DNA from: a virus
Length of the DNA stretch: 64,000 nt
Virus record (IMG/VR): IMGVR_UViG_3300045988_137301
Direction: 5' to 3' (one strand)
Part shown: piece by piece, positions 33,158 through 41,692 of the stretch
How the letters are laid out: every line of letters begins with the position of its first letter
How positions within the stretch are numbered: position 1 is the first letter of the stretch
The notes under the pieces: generated by a model
The model's input: the letters and a program-made list of their open reading frames with translations, nothing else
What the model was told of the DNA's origin: nothing
Database searches by the model: none
Translations under genes and position numbers: made by a program

Positions 33158-33577
33158 ATGAGCGAATGGAAATACATAGATTCAATCGTAGAGCTATCCG
33201 ATTTTGAATGTGCGCACTGTGATACAAGAGATTTTTGCATGGTCGTCTATGACACTATAGACGAACCCTGGGAAACATTAACTAATTTCCTGAAAAAGAA
33301 TCAAACTGTAGTGGAACAATGTTCGTTTAATAAGGATGAAATTATTCCTCTATTAAAGAGTTTAGAGACTGCATCTGGTGGTGAGGGAGACTGGAGGCAT
33401 TTGGTATTGGATTCTATTGACCATTGGTGGATAAAGTATATCCGTTTCCAGAGACTTAGTAATGGACAATACTTTTGTTTTACTGATTCTGCTGATACTA
33501 TTATTCCACTTTATAAGGATAAACTTAAGGCAGAGTTTGTGAATCAGAATGAAAATCACAGAGTTCATAGAACATAA
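33158..33577 (+). CDS. Hypothetical protein
   Basis: Listed ORF. Confidence 0.45.
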   Translation: MSEWKYIDSIVELSDFECAHCDTRDFCMVVYDTIDEPWETLTNFLKKNQTVVEQCSFNKDEIIPLLKSLETASGGEGDWRHLVLDSIDHWWIKYIRFQRLSNGQYFCFTDSADTIIPLYKDKLKAEFVNQNENHRVHRT

Positions 33578-33721
33578 GGCTGAAAATCTGGGACGGCAGT
33601 TTGCCTTGTCCCACCCATTGTGTGTTTTTTCATGGTAGGCAAAACTTAACGGTTCGTGAGAATAGTTAAGTTGAACTGTCTGAATTTATTAGAAATAACC
33701 AATAATCCTATAAATTAAATT

Positions 33722-34363
33722 TTGATAATTATGATGACAAGAAATGTAACACTTACCCTTGAAAAGGCTAGGGAGTGGTTTAACAGCGGCAACGCAGAAC
33801 TTAAGGAAATTGCGCTTCAAGCATTTACAGAAAAGGAATTAGCTACTCCTAATTTTAAAATCATTAAGACCTTTGAAGATGCTATGAATGCTCTTCAGTT
33901 TGAGAACACCTCGAAATCATTTGTATGGAATCATATTAAACAAGTCGCTAGAATTTCTATTGCATCTGCGGCTATTATAAAGTTAAATATCATTCGAAGA
34001 GCTCTTAACCTTGGAGAAAATATGGAATTTACAAAGGGAAATATCTATTATCCTTATAATCCATTTATAACTAAGTCCAGCACTTATTATGATAATGAGA
34101 TCAAGGAAGGATTAATGTCTGTGGTGGCTGAATTCGAATACAAAGACCAACGGTATCGCCTGATGGGCGGCGTCGCTGGTGGTGGGTCCGCTTCCGGGCT
34201 TGGCTGTTTCGGTTCTTACGGTGGGGTCAGCTTTGCCGATTCCGCTGTCGGCTTCCTTGGTTGTGCCACTAGAGAGATTGCACAGCATTTTGGTAAATAC
34301 TTTGCCAAAGAGATCTTTGATGCTAAATATGGTGACACTGTGAAGTATCAGTGGATAAGATAA
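33722..34363 (+). CDS. Paralog of 28532..29446 carrying the Gly-zipper-like C-terminal module
   Basis: Listed ORF. ...LMGGVAGGGSASGLGCFGSYGGVSFADSAVGFLGCATREIAQHFGKYF... Confidence 0.55.
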   Translation: MIIMMTRNVTLTLEKAREWFNSGNAELKEIALQAFTEKELATPNFKIIKTFEDAMNALQFENTSKSFVWNHIKQVARISIASAAIIKLNIIRRALNLGENMEFTKGNIYYPYNPFITKSSTYYDNEIKEGLMSVVAEFEYKDQRYRLMGGVAGGGSASGLGCFGSYGGVSFADSAVGFLGCATREIAQHFGKYFAKEIFDAKYGDTVKYQWIR

Positions 34364-34483
34364 TTCCTACTTAGAATGTACTATAGTACACTGCAAATCT
34401 TCTATCTTATAAAAAGGTCTTGGATTTGCATTTTTGTAGGGCCTATAGCTCAGTTGGTTAGAGCAACTAATTATGAGTCAGAT

Positions 34484-34560
34484 AGGGACGTATCCCCTCA
34501 AGCTTATACCTTGTAGAAAGGGTAGTCGGTCGCACGTGGGTTCAAACCCCACCGTCCCTA
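34484..34560 (+). ncRNA. tRNA-like element (7-bp closing stem plus canonical T arm) nested inside the insertion
   Basis: agggacg...gtggg-ttcaaac-cccac-cgtccct. No standard D or anticodon arms. Confidence 0.3.
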
Positions 34561-34585
34561 CAACTTCTGGATTGAATTTTTAATT

Positions 34586-35182
34586 TTGCACCAAAACATT
34601 TGGTATTATGATTATTTTCATATATATTTGTATATGAATTACAATGATTATAATACACAGAAGTTAAGAGGTTTAAAGCGCAAATTAGAGCTGGTAAAAT
34701 CTCGTGGTGGTAAATGTGAACTATGTGGCTATGATAGAAACATAGCTGTTCTAGAATTTCACCATATCAATCCAGATGAGAAAGAGTTTCAGTTAGATAT
34801 GAGACATTTATCTAATACAAGTCTAGAAAGGCTTAAAGAGGAAGCAGATAAATGTCAACTTCTATGCGCTAATTGTCATAGAGAAGTACATAATCCTCAC
34901 TTGGGAATGGACGAAGTTGAAGATTTAGTTAATACTGAAGCCAAAGATAAGACGTCTTTTGAAAACATGACTGGGTCTGTATGTCCAGTATGCGGCAAAA
35001 GATTTCCTAAATCGAAGGGTAAGATATACTGTTCTAAGGAATGTAGAGATGCTGATAAACATTATCCCTCCCTAGAAGAAGTAAATGAGCAGTATGAAAT
35101 ACTTAAGAATTGGGAGAGAGTTGCACAGCATTTTGGATTAACTCGCAGAGTTATTCAAGGAATAAGAAAGAAAGACTCATAA
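34586..35182 (+). CDS. HNH homing endonuclease (inside the split tRNA)
   Basis: Listed ORF. CELCGYDRNIAVLEFHHINPDEKEF...LLCANCH is a His-Me finger motif. The real start may be an internal Met. Confidence 0.6.
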   Translation: MHQNIWYYDYFHIYLYMNYNDYNTQKLRGLKRKLELVKSRGGKCELCGYDRNIAVLEFHHINPDEKEFQLDMRHLSNTSLERLKEEADKCQLLCANCHREVHNPHLGMDEVEDLVNTEAKDKTSFENMTGSVCPVCGKRFPKSKGKIYCSKECRDADKHYPSLEEVNEQYEILKNWERVAQHFGLTRRVIQGIRKKDS

Positions 35183-35313
35183 TGTCAAGGTCGTCGGTTC
35201 AAGCCCGGCTAGGCCCACATCAGAGAATACAGATTGATATGTCTTGAGTAACATATGATCTGTGGGAGCGGTACTCCAGTAACTAGAGAGTTTTTCATTA
35301 AAAATAAAGATTT

Positions 35314-35724
35314 ATGAATTATCAGTATTTTGGATTGTTCCTAGATGAACCAACTAGAAACAAACTTATGCAAGTTATCATTGGAAATCCCATCATTTCT
35401 AATCTGGTGTTCCAAAGAGGAAGTACTATTTATTTAGACCATTGCACTCTCCTCCATAAGAATCAACATGAAGAAAAGATGGCTAATAGCCTACAATATC
35501 GTATAGATGATAGTTTTCGATTAATTGTAAGTAAGATAGGGATTTCTGAGAAAGCAATAGCTTTTGGAGTAGAATTGGGAAACCAACATCTACCCTGTGC
35601 AAATGCCAAACCTCATATTACTATCTGTACAATCAATGGAGGTAAACCAGTGAATAGTAATGAGATTTGTAATTGGATTCCTATTCCAGAATTTAGCATT
35701 TATGGCACTCTTAAAAAAATATAA
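35314..35724 (+). CDS. 2H phosphoesterase superfamily protein (LigT/cyclic phosphodiesterase-like)
   Basis: Listed ORF with two H-x-T-x motifs, DHCTLLH and KPHITICT. Confidence 0.5.
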   Translation: MNYQYFGLFLDEPTRNKLMQVIIGNPIISNLVFQRGSTIYLDHCTLLHKNQHEEKMANSLQYRIDDSFRLIVSKIGISEKAIAFGVELGNQHLPCANAKPHITICTINGGKPVNSNEICNWIPIPEFSIYGTLKKI

Positions 35725-35758
35725 ATTTTTATGATTTGAATGCTATTTAACTAAACGT

Positions 35759-35849
35759 GGGACAGTGGCGAAACTGGTTGAAACGCACTAGATTTAGGAT
35801 CTAGCACAGATTAACGATCACATTGTGGGTTCGAATCCCACCTGTCCTA
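35759..35849 (+). tRNA. tRNA-Leu(TAG), type II
   Basis: Anticodon ctaga-tttagga-tctag; long variable arm; T arm gtggg-ttcgaat-cccac; acceptor gggacag/ctgtcct. Confidence 0.7.
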
Positions 35850-36043
35850 CAAAACTTAATTTAACTATATGAAAATTGGAGATATTGTTTATTTAACTGA
35901 ACCAGTCAGATGGAGAAAAACTCCTGACGGAGATTGGAATGAATATGAATACCCTGTTGGAACACCTCTTAGGGTTATTGGAGATTCTGGGTATAGGGGA
36001 TTAGACTTAGAATTTATTGAAACAGGCGTAAAAATGCTAGAGT

Positions 36044-37204
36044 GTGCATTTGTACAATATAGTAGAACAAAACCTTAAAACATATTTAAAGATGAGTAAA
36101 ATTTGGACATGTTCTGGAAATACCTATACTAGAATAACTTCTGGCTATGGTGTTGAGAATCATTTACCCGTAGGAGTTTATAATATTCACCTGACCATGA
36201 CAGGATTTCATTTAGAGAGGTATGCCGATAAATTTACATTTCCTCATAAAATATATGGATTGCAAAGAGAGTTTATTGATCATGTGACTAAGACCTTCCG
36301 CTCAACCGAAGGAAATCTCGGGATTCTGTTAACTGGTACAAAGGGTACAGGCAAGACTGTTACTGCAAAAGAACTGGCCAACCAATTAAATCTTCCGGTT
36401 ATCATTGTAAAAGATATGGATGATAATAATCAATCTATGATCGAATTCCTTTCCGATATTGATGGAGACTGTATTCTATTTCTGGATGAATTTGAAAAGA
36501 ACTTTGATGAGGAAGACTCAACTATTTTACAAATCATGGATGGAGTCTATAACTCGAACTCACGCAAGGTTTTTCTGTTAACCACTAATACCCTACAAGT
36601 GAATGAAAATATGATAGGCCGCCCTTCAAGAATACGTTATGTTAAAGAATTTGGAAATCTTGATTTAGGAACTGTAAACGAGTACTTAGATGATGAGTTA
36701 AAGATTCCAGAAGCTAGACAAAATTTACTTTCCTTTATTGATTCTTTAGCTATATCTACAATAGATATTCTCAAAGCTATTACTAGTGAGGTGAATATTC
36801 ACGGTATAGAAGGACTAGAAAGGGCTAAAAGCTTCTTTAATGTAACAGTTAAAAATTATGAGTATTTTTGTTTGAGAGCTACTGTTGATGCTTGTGATGT
36901 ATATGCTGATAAAAATAGATACACTCCGAGAGAATTTGTCAGGGCTATAGAAAAGACTAACAATTCAAGAAATGAGGAATGTCATTTTGGTATGATATAT
37001 CATCGCACAGTATCTTCTAGTGTCAAGTTTGAGTCTCTAAAAATTGGAGATTTCTTTGACGGAGACAAGATAGTCGATATTGACCACAAGTTAGGGGTAG
37101 TTGTCGTCCTATATAGTTCAGACTTATACTATTTTTGGATTAGCAATCCAGATGATAGGTTATCTTTATATCATAAAAACAGCTATAATCCTTTTGCATT
37201 ATAA
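36044..37204 (+). CDS. AAA+ ATPase
   Basis: Listed ORF. Walker A GTKGTGKT and Walker B ILFLDEFE. Confidence 0.6.
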   Translation: MHLYNIVEQNLKTYLKMSKIWTCSGNTYTRITSGYGVENHLPVGVYNIHLTMTGFHLERYADKFTFPHKIYGLQREFIDHVTKTFRSTEGNLGILLTGTKGTGKTVTAKELANQLNLPVIIVKDMDDNNQSMIEFLSDIDGDCILFLDEFEKNFDEEDSTILQIMDGVYNSNSRKVFLLTTNTLQVNENMIGRPSRIRYVKEFGNLDLGTVNEYLDDELKIPEARQNLLSFIDSLAISTIDILKAITSEVNIHGIEGLERAKSFFNVTVKNYEYFCLRATVDACDVYADKNRYTPREFVRAIEKTNNSRNEECHFGMIYHRTVSSSVKFESLKIGDFFDGDKIVDIDHKLGVVVVLYSSDLYYFWISNPDDRLSLYHKNSYNPFAL

Positions 37205-37209
37205 CAGTT

Positions 37210-37560
37210 ATGGAGAAACACATAAATGCAGAACTAGTAAGAATAATCACTCTTACTAAACTAAAAAAACACCCTGATTGGGTACACCGTGTATATGATG
37301 TCAGATTTCTTTTTTGGAAATGGCGTTATGATTATTGGACTAACTATTGGGAAAAATACACTGAGGAAGAAATGCTCAGAAAAGTTGAAGAGGGAACATT
37401 TATTTTTAAGGACGGCATATTGTATTTGAAACCTCATATTGTTCTAAAGTTTTCTGAGAATCAATCCGTTATCGCATATTTTAATAGTAATGAAGAAATG
37501 GAAAGTTGGGCTAGAGCCTTTATAGATTTTTCTAAAAAACCATTTGTTTATTTAAAATAA
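37210..37560 (+). CDS. Hypothetical protein
   Basis: Listed ORF. Confidence 0.4.
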   Translation: MEKHINAELVRIITLTKLKKHPDWVHRVYDVRFLFWKWRYDYWTNYWEKYTEEEMLRKVEEGTFIFKDGILYLKPHIVLKFSENQSVIAYFNSNEEMESWARAFIDFSKKPFVYLK

Positions 37561-37697
37561 TACCTTTATCCCAGTTTAGAGCTTAGCTCAGATAGCGAAT
37601 AATAGTAGTTATCGGTAAAAACGAGGTGGAGTGCCAGACGAAAGACTGGAATTAACATAGTTTAACTTTAAACCTCCGACTATGCGGAGTAAATTAG

Positions 37698-38027
37698 ATG
37701 GCAGAGTTAGTTATATTATCTAATGGAAAGTGTGATCTGAAATTTCATCAGAAAGCGAAAGATTTCAAAAGAGTAGAGAAGTTTAACTACAAGAAAAACT
37801 TCTTTAAAATCCTGATTGACAAGAACGACAGTGTTTATGACATTCTAAGATGCACGGTTGCTACTTGGAAGACCATAGAAAAGGGAAGAAAGAAATTAAC
37901 TGTCCCGGACCAAATCGAGCAGTCTAGAGATGTCAAATTGTTCAATCGGATTAAAGGGAATCCTTTCAAAATTGCAATTACCAAAATTGCAGGAGAGATT
38001 GACGCACAGGAACTGTTATCGGAATGA
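37698..38027 (+). CDS. Hypothetical protein
   Basis: Listed ORF. Confidence 0.4.
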   Translation: MAELVILSNGKCDLKFHQKAKDFKRVEKFNYKKNFFKILIDKNDSVYDILRCTVATWKTIEKGRKKLTVPDQIEQSRDVKLFNRIKGNPFKIAITKIAGEIDAQELLSE

Positions 38028-38061
38028 TTCGTTTAGGAGAGTATCGTAGAACTCTCCATAT

Positions 38062-38132
38062 GCAGTGTTAGTTTAACGGTAGAACAGGGCACTTCCAATG
38101 CTCAGATGAGGTTTCGATTACCTTACACTGCT
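38062..38132 (+). tRNA. tRNA-Gly(TCC)
   Basis: Acceptor gcagtgt/acactgc; anticodon gggca-cttccaa-tgctc; T arm gaggt-ttcgatt-acctt. Confidence 0.7.
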
Positions 38133-38138
38133 CATCAT

Positions 38139-38212
38139 CTCTAGGTGCCAGAGTGCTTAATGGCCAGGACTGCAAATCCTTGGATTCGTGAGTTGGAATC
38201 TCACCCTAGAGT
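38139..38212 (+). tRNA. tRNA-Cys(GCA) with an unusual T loop (TTGGAAT)
   Basis: Acceptor ctctagg/cctagag 7/7; anticodon loop ctgcaaa; T stem gtgag/ctcac. Confidence 0.55.
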
Positions 38213-38335
38213 CTACTTCATAAGTACTTTTTAGCTATATTTTATAGTTAACGTGTCTGGTTACGTTATCACCCAGTCGTCACCTACGGTTAGAAGGACA
38301 TCCCCAAGTAGCGGATGTAAATTAGCTACTAATAT

Positions 38336-38423
38336 CGTGGAGTAGAGAAGTTGGTCATCTCGCTAGGCTCATAACCTAGAAATCGTCATAAACGGTTCGA
38401 ATCCTACCTCCGCAAGATTCACA
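38336..38423 (+). tRNA. tRNA-Met/Ile2(CAT)-like with an aberrant T region (possibly degenerate)
   Basis: Acceptor cgtggag; D arm gaga-agttggtca-tctc; perfect anticodon arm ctagg-ctcataa-cctag. The ggttcgaatcc T loop is present but its stem pairs poorly. 3' ctccgca pairs 6/7 with the 5' acceptor strand. Confidence 0.35.
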
Positions 38424-38696
38424 TAGTAAGAACCTCCACGCGGTGTGAATCGGGTAATGCTAATCTTACTAAACTCCTCTTGTAGCTTTGTTATTAGATT
38501 AATTATTAATAATTTTAAACTTTAACGTTATGAAAAGAATAATTAATGTTGTAAAGAATGCTGCTAAATGGTATTGTTACAGATCAGCTAAAACTGGAGC
38601 ACTTACCCCAACTGGGATAGTTCCCCAATTGTAGTAATACTATTAAAAAGTAAGTACCAAATGGGTACTTACAGATGTCTGAGAGGAAATAATTAT

Positions 38697-38768
38697 TGGA
38701 GTATAGTTCAAAGGTTAGAACTTTTGACTGTTAATCAAAGAATCACGGTTCGAGTCCGTGTGCTCCAG
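38697..38768 (+). tRNA. tRNA-Asn(GTT)
   Basis: Acceptor tggagta/tgctcca; D stem gttc/gaac; anticodon tttga-ctgttaa-tcaaa; T arm cacgg-ttcgagt-ccgtg. Confidence 0.8.
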
Positions 38769-38871
38769 CTTAATAATATAAGGCTAAATCAGAGTAATTA
38801 ACTGACTATGGGAGTTGTACTATTCTTCTGCCTTATATTTATGTTTTAATAGTACATAAAAATAGTAAAAT

Positions 38872-39057
38872 ATGAAGGAACAAGAAATTAGAACGTGCTA
38901 GCATCACGGAGAAACAATATTTGCTGCTAGAAGTGATGGCAGAGGAGGAATAAGATGGAGATGTCTAAAATGTGAAACAGAAGCTGTTTAGAAAAGAAGA
39001 GACAAATTGAAAATCCAGTCAAAGTCAAAGTCGAAGCCAGCCTCTGCGTAGTTATAA
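38872..39057 (+). CDS. Small zinc-ribbon-like protein (61 aa) with 3 in-frame TAG, inside the tRNA region
   Basis: MKEQEIRTC(Q)HHGETIFAARSDGRGGIRWRCLKCETEAV(Q)KRRDKLKIQSKSKSKPASA(Q)L. TAA follows. Confidence 0.3.
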
Positions 39058-39236
39058 TAGGCAAACTGAACTTGAGAATTGTTAAATGGATGGTTGCCGT
39101 TAAAAGATATATAGTTACAAACTTATGTATCCAGAATATAACTAATTAAAGACTTATCTGGTGATGTTAGGTTATGGAATCCTAACAGTGGAAATTTATG
39201 AGTTATGTCACCAATTAAAAAGAAAATCTCAAACAT

Positions 39237-39309
39237 GGGCCGTTAGCTCAAATGGCTAGAGCGCTGGTTTTGCACACCGGAAGATAGGGTTCGAGTCCCT
39301 ACGCGTCCA
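39237..39309 (+). tRNA. tRNA-Ala(TGC)-like (acceptor pairing imperfect)
   Basis: D arm gctc-aaatggcta-gagc; anticodon ctggt-tttgcac-accgg; T arm taggg-ttcgagt-cccta; G3:U70 present. Acceptor stem pairs at only 4 of 7 positions as I read it. Confidence 0.45.
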
Positions 39310-39517
39310 CAACAAAATTAAATAATTATGAAAGTATATGTAGTTGTAGTAAATTATCACCCAGCTAATGCTCCTCAAAATTATGAAACTGATTGCCAAA
39401 TCTTTTTAGACAAGAAACAGGCAGAGAAGTATAAAGAGGCTAAGGAAAAAGAGTTTCCTATTAGATGGGGAGGAGAGTATAATCATTGTAAACTAATTAA
39501 AAAGCATTTGTAATATC

Positions 39518-39588
39518 GCGGGATGATAGCAGAGGTAGCTAGTCAGGCTCATAACCTGAAGGTCGTCGGTTCGAATCCGACTCCCGCT
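39518..39588 (+). tRNA. tRNA-Met(CAT)
   Basis: Acceptor gcgggat; D stem tagc/gcta; anticodon tcagg-ctcataa-cctga; variable aggtc; T arm gtcgg-ttcgaat-ccgac. Confidence 0.6.
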
Positions 39589-39620
39589 ACTAAGTTATTT
39601 TTAACAATTAAAATTAGATT

Positions 39621-40046
39621 ATGGATTTCAAGAATCTTACGAAGGAATCTCTTCCGAAAGAATTTCAGGAGAGAATTGAACGTTTCAATCGTTTATTCAT
39701 TGAAGCTGGTAATGGTACATTTGAAGAAAATGACCTATTCGATTATGAAATGGCTTGTATAAAGCAAGCTCTATCATTTTCTGAGTTTTTCAAAGAAATG
39801 AGTCTGGAGGAATGTAAAGCCTTCTATGAGAAATATCCTAGCTTATTTGAGCTGATTGAGGCTATCAAAGACAAACTTCCGTACTACGACAAAGGACATA
39901 GTGGAAATTCCATGAGTATGAGTTGGATGCTATACAGGTGTTATAAGGAGAAACCTGAGCTTGTTCCTTATATGCATGGTTGTCTGGCTCAACTTGTTGG
40001 GGACGAAGGTTATCATGATAATCGTTCTGATGTTCCAAAACTATGA
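39621..40046 (+). CDS. Hypothetical protein
   Basis: Listed ORF. Confidence 0.45.
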   Translation: MDFKNLTKESLPKEFQERIERFNRLFIEAGNGTFEENDLFDYEMACIKQALSFSEFFKEMSLEECKAFYEKYPSLFELIEAIKDKLPYYDKGHSGNSMSMSWMLYRCYKEKPELVPYMHGCLAQLVGDEGYHDNRSDVPKL

Positions 40047-40403
40047 GTGTAATACAACAAGTTTATTTAGCTGAAGCTGGTTATTCTATTTACATAAAGG
40101 GAATTAAACCAGATAAGGATAATGAATGTTCTGGTGAGATTACTATAAATGGTAGTCATCTTATAATACTTGGAAATAGTTATTACTTTGACGATCTTTC
40201 TGAAAACGATAAACTACTAATAAGTATAAAGATAAGAATACTTCCAGAAGGTACAACTATAATGTTGTAACTCACCTTGTTGTTCCTTAATTAAGAATAA
40301 TCTGATTGAGAAAAATCTCTCTGTAGCAACTCCTGGCACGGGAAATATCCTGATATAAAGATATTTACAAATGTGCACTTGCACGGTGATACAGAGAGAA
40401 CCT

Positions 40404-40475
40404 TGGGATGTAGTTCAACGGTTAGAATAAGAAACTGATAATTTCTAGATGGCAGTTCAACTCTGCCCTTCCCAA
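40404..40475 (+). tRNA. tRNA-Ile(GAT)
   Basis: Anticodon agaaa-ctgataa-tttct; D stem gttc/gaat; T arm ggcag-ttcaact-ctgcc; acceptor tgggatg/cttccca 6/7. Confidence 0.7.
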
Positions 40476-40504
40476 CAAACTAGAACATATAAACCATTAA
40501 AATT

Positions 40505-40588
40505 GCCTTCTTGGGACAGTGGTCGACTCCGCTTGACTTGTAATCAAGATACTTCGGTGCAACGTAGGTTCGAATCCTACAGAAGGCT
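40505..40588 (+). tRNA. tRNA with TGT anticodon (Thr-like) and an unusually long extra arm
   Basis: Acceptor gccttct/agaaggc 7/7; anticodon cttga-cttgtaa-tcaag; 15-nt variable region atacttcggtgcaac; T arm gtagg-ttcgaat-cctac. Confidence 0.5.
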
Positions 40589-40612
40589 CATTAACTAGAT
40601 TAATTTTTTTTT

Positions 40613-41287
40613 ATGACCAGATTAGAAAAGTATTTATTAGCGACTGCTACTGAAATCATTGAGTCAGAAACAACCATCTCTCGCTATTTTGTTGTTGGAA
40701 ATATCAAGGTAAGAGTATCAGATCATCTAAGTAGCACCAGTGATGCGGACCTACAAATCCTTATCCCAACCAACGGAGGGACTAGGTATATAGTTACTAT
40801 CAAAGAAAGCTCTACAAAATTTCTTGTGTGGAACGCAACTCAAATAAAAGACTTTATTCCCTCATTGCAAATTATCAAGAGCTTGAAGGAAGAAATACAC
40901 CTAAAGCCAAAACCTAAAGAATCTACGGTTCAAAAGATTCAGCTAGCACTAAATAACAATGATACCAGTGAAGGTTCTCTAACATTTGATGGTACTATTA
41001 TCGAATCTAAATTGAAGATAAATAAACTATCTTCTAAGCAGAGAAAAGTTCTTGGAAAGAGTAAGTCCACCTGGGATATATCTGAAATTGGAACACTACC
41101 AATCATGTTAAGAGCAGATCTAAAATTACAAAATGGTTCAGTTAACGAAGACATGCAGATATTTCTGACCTGTACATCAGTAACTTACAAGGAAATCTTG
41201 AATATTTATAAGATAATAGTTGTTGACAACAATATGGTTCCAACTATTAAACTGTTACAAGAAGCTTATGCGTTAGTCATGCGTTAG
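40613..41287 (+). CDS. Hypothetical protein
   Basis: Listed ORF. Confidence 0.45.
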   Translation: MTRLEKYLLATATEIIESETTISRYFVVGNIKVRVSDHLSSTSDADLQILIPTNGGTRYIVTIKESSTKFLVWNATQIKDFIPSLQIIKSLKEEIHLKPKPKESTVQKIQLALNNNDTSEGSLTFDGTIIESKLKINKLSSKQRKVLGKSKSTWDISEIGTLPIMLRADLKLQNGSVNEDMQIFLTCTSVTYKEILNIYKIIVVDNNMVPTIKLLQEAYALVMR

Positions 41288-41290
41288 GAT

Positions 41291-41394
41291 AGTGCCATCA
41301 TCTAATGGTTAGGACATACGCCTTTCTAGCGTAGAATCACAGTTCGAATCTGTGCTTGAGTACTTAGCTACGGGTTCGAATCCCGTTGGCACTA
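41291..41394 (+). tRNA. Composite tRNA-Glu(TTC)-like locus with a duplicated T-arm/acceptor segment (~104 nt)
   Basis: 5' acceptor agtgcca; D arm atc-taatggttag-gac; anticodon tacgc-ctttcta-gcgta; first T arm cacag-ttcgaat-ctgtg followed by a non-pairing cttgagt; second T arm acggg-ttcgaat-cccgt followed by tggcact, which pairs 7/7 with the 5' acceptor. Confidence 0.4.
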
Positions 41395-41692
41395 CTATGT
41401 ACCCCAGCAGCGAAAGTTGTTGGGGTTTTGTTTAATACAATTAATAATTATGAGAACATTTGAATTTGTAAAAGTTGGGAAAGTATGGTTCTATCGGTGG
41501 TCGGATTATGATAAGGGAGGGCCAGAGGATCTAGCAATGATAGATGGAGCAGACAAGCTTTTGGATTCCCTAGGTGGTAAATTCGTCAAAGTACAACTAG
41601 CTGACTCTACCTCAGCTGAAATAGTATTATCTAAGATTGAAGAGCTATATACTAGCTGTACAATAATTTAGAATTTGTAAAATCAATAAAAT

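Larger units (their letters stand above)
34439..35217 (+). tRNA. Split tRNA (CAU-type; Ile2/Met-like) interrupted by a ~0.7-kb insertion carrying an HNH ORF; a candidate intron or a disrupted gene
   Basis: 5' half gggccta-ta-gctc-agttggtta-gagc (34439-34464). 3' half ctcataa-tgtca-aggtc-gtcgg-ttcaagc-ccggc-taggccc-a (35176-35217). Acceptor stems are 7/7 complementary. A 5' anticodon-stem strand cannot be located, so maturation is unresolved. Confidence 0.4.

Noticed and set aside
38336-38443. Reading the CAT-like locus as a 108-nt tRNA closed by cgtggag/ctccacg with a 34-nt insertion
   Set aside because: The distal ctccacg belongs to a conserved motif that also follows tRNA-Leu(TAA) at 45.37 kb, where it cannot be part of a tRNA. 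The proximal ctccgca already pairs 6/7, so a simple degenerate T stem is more likely than an insertion.
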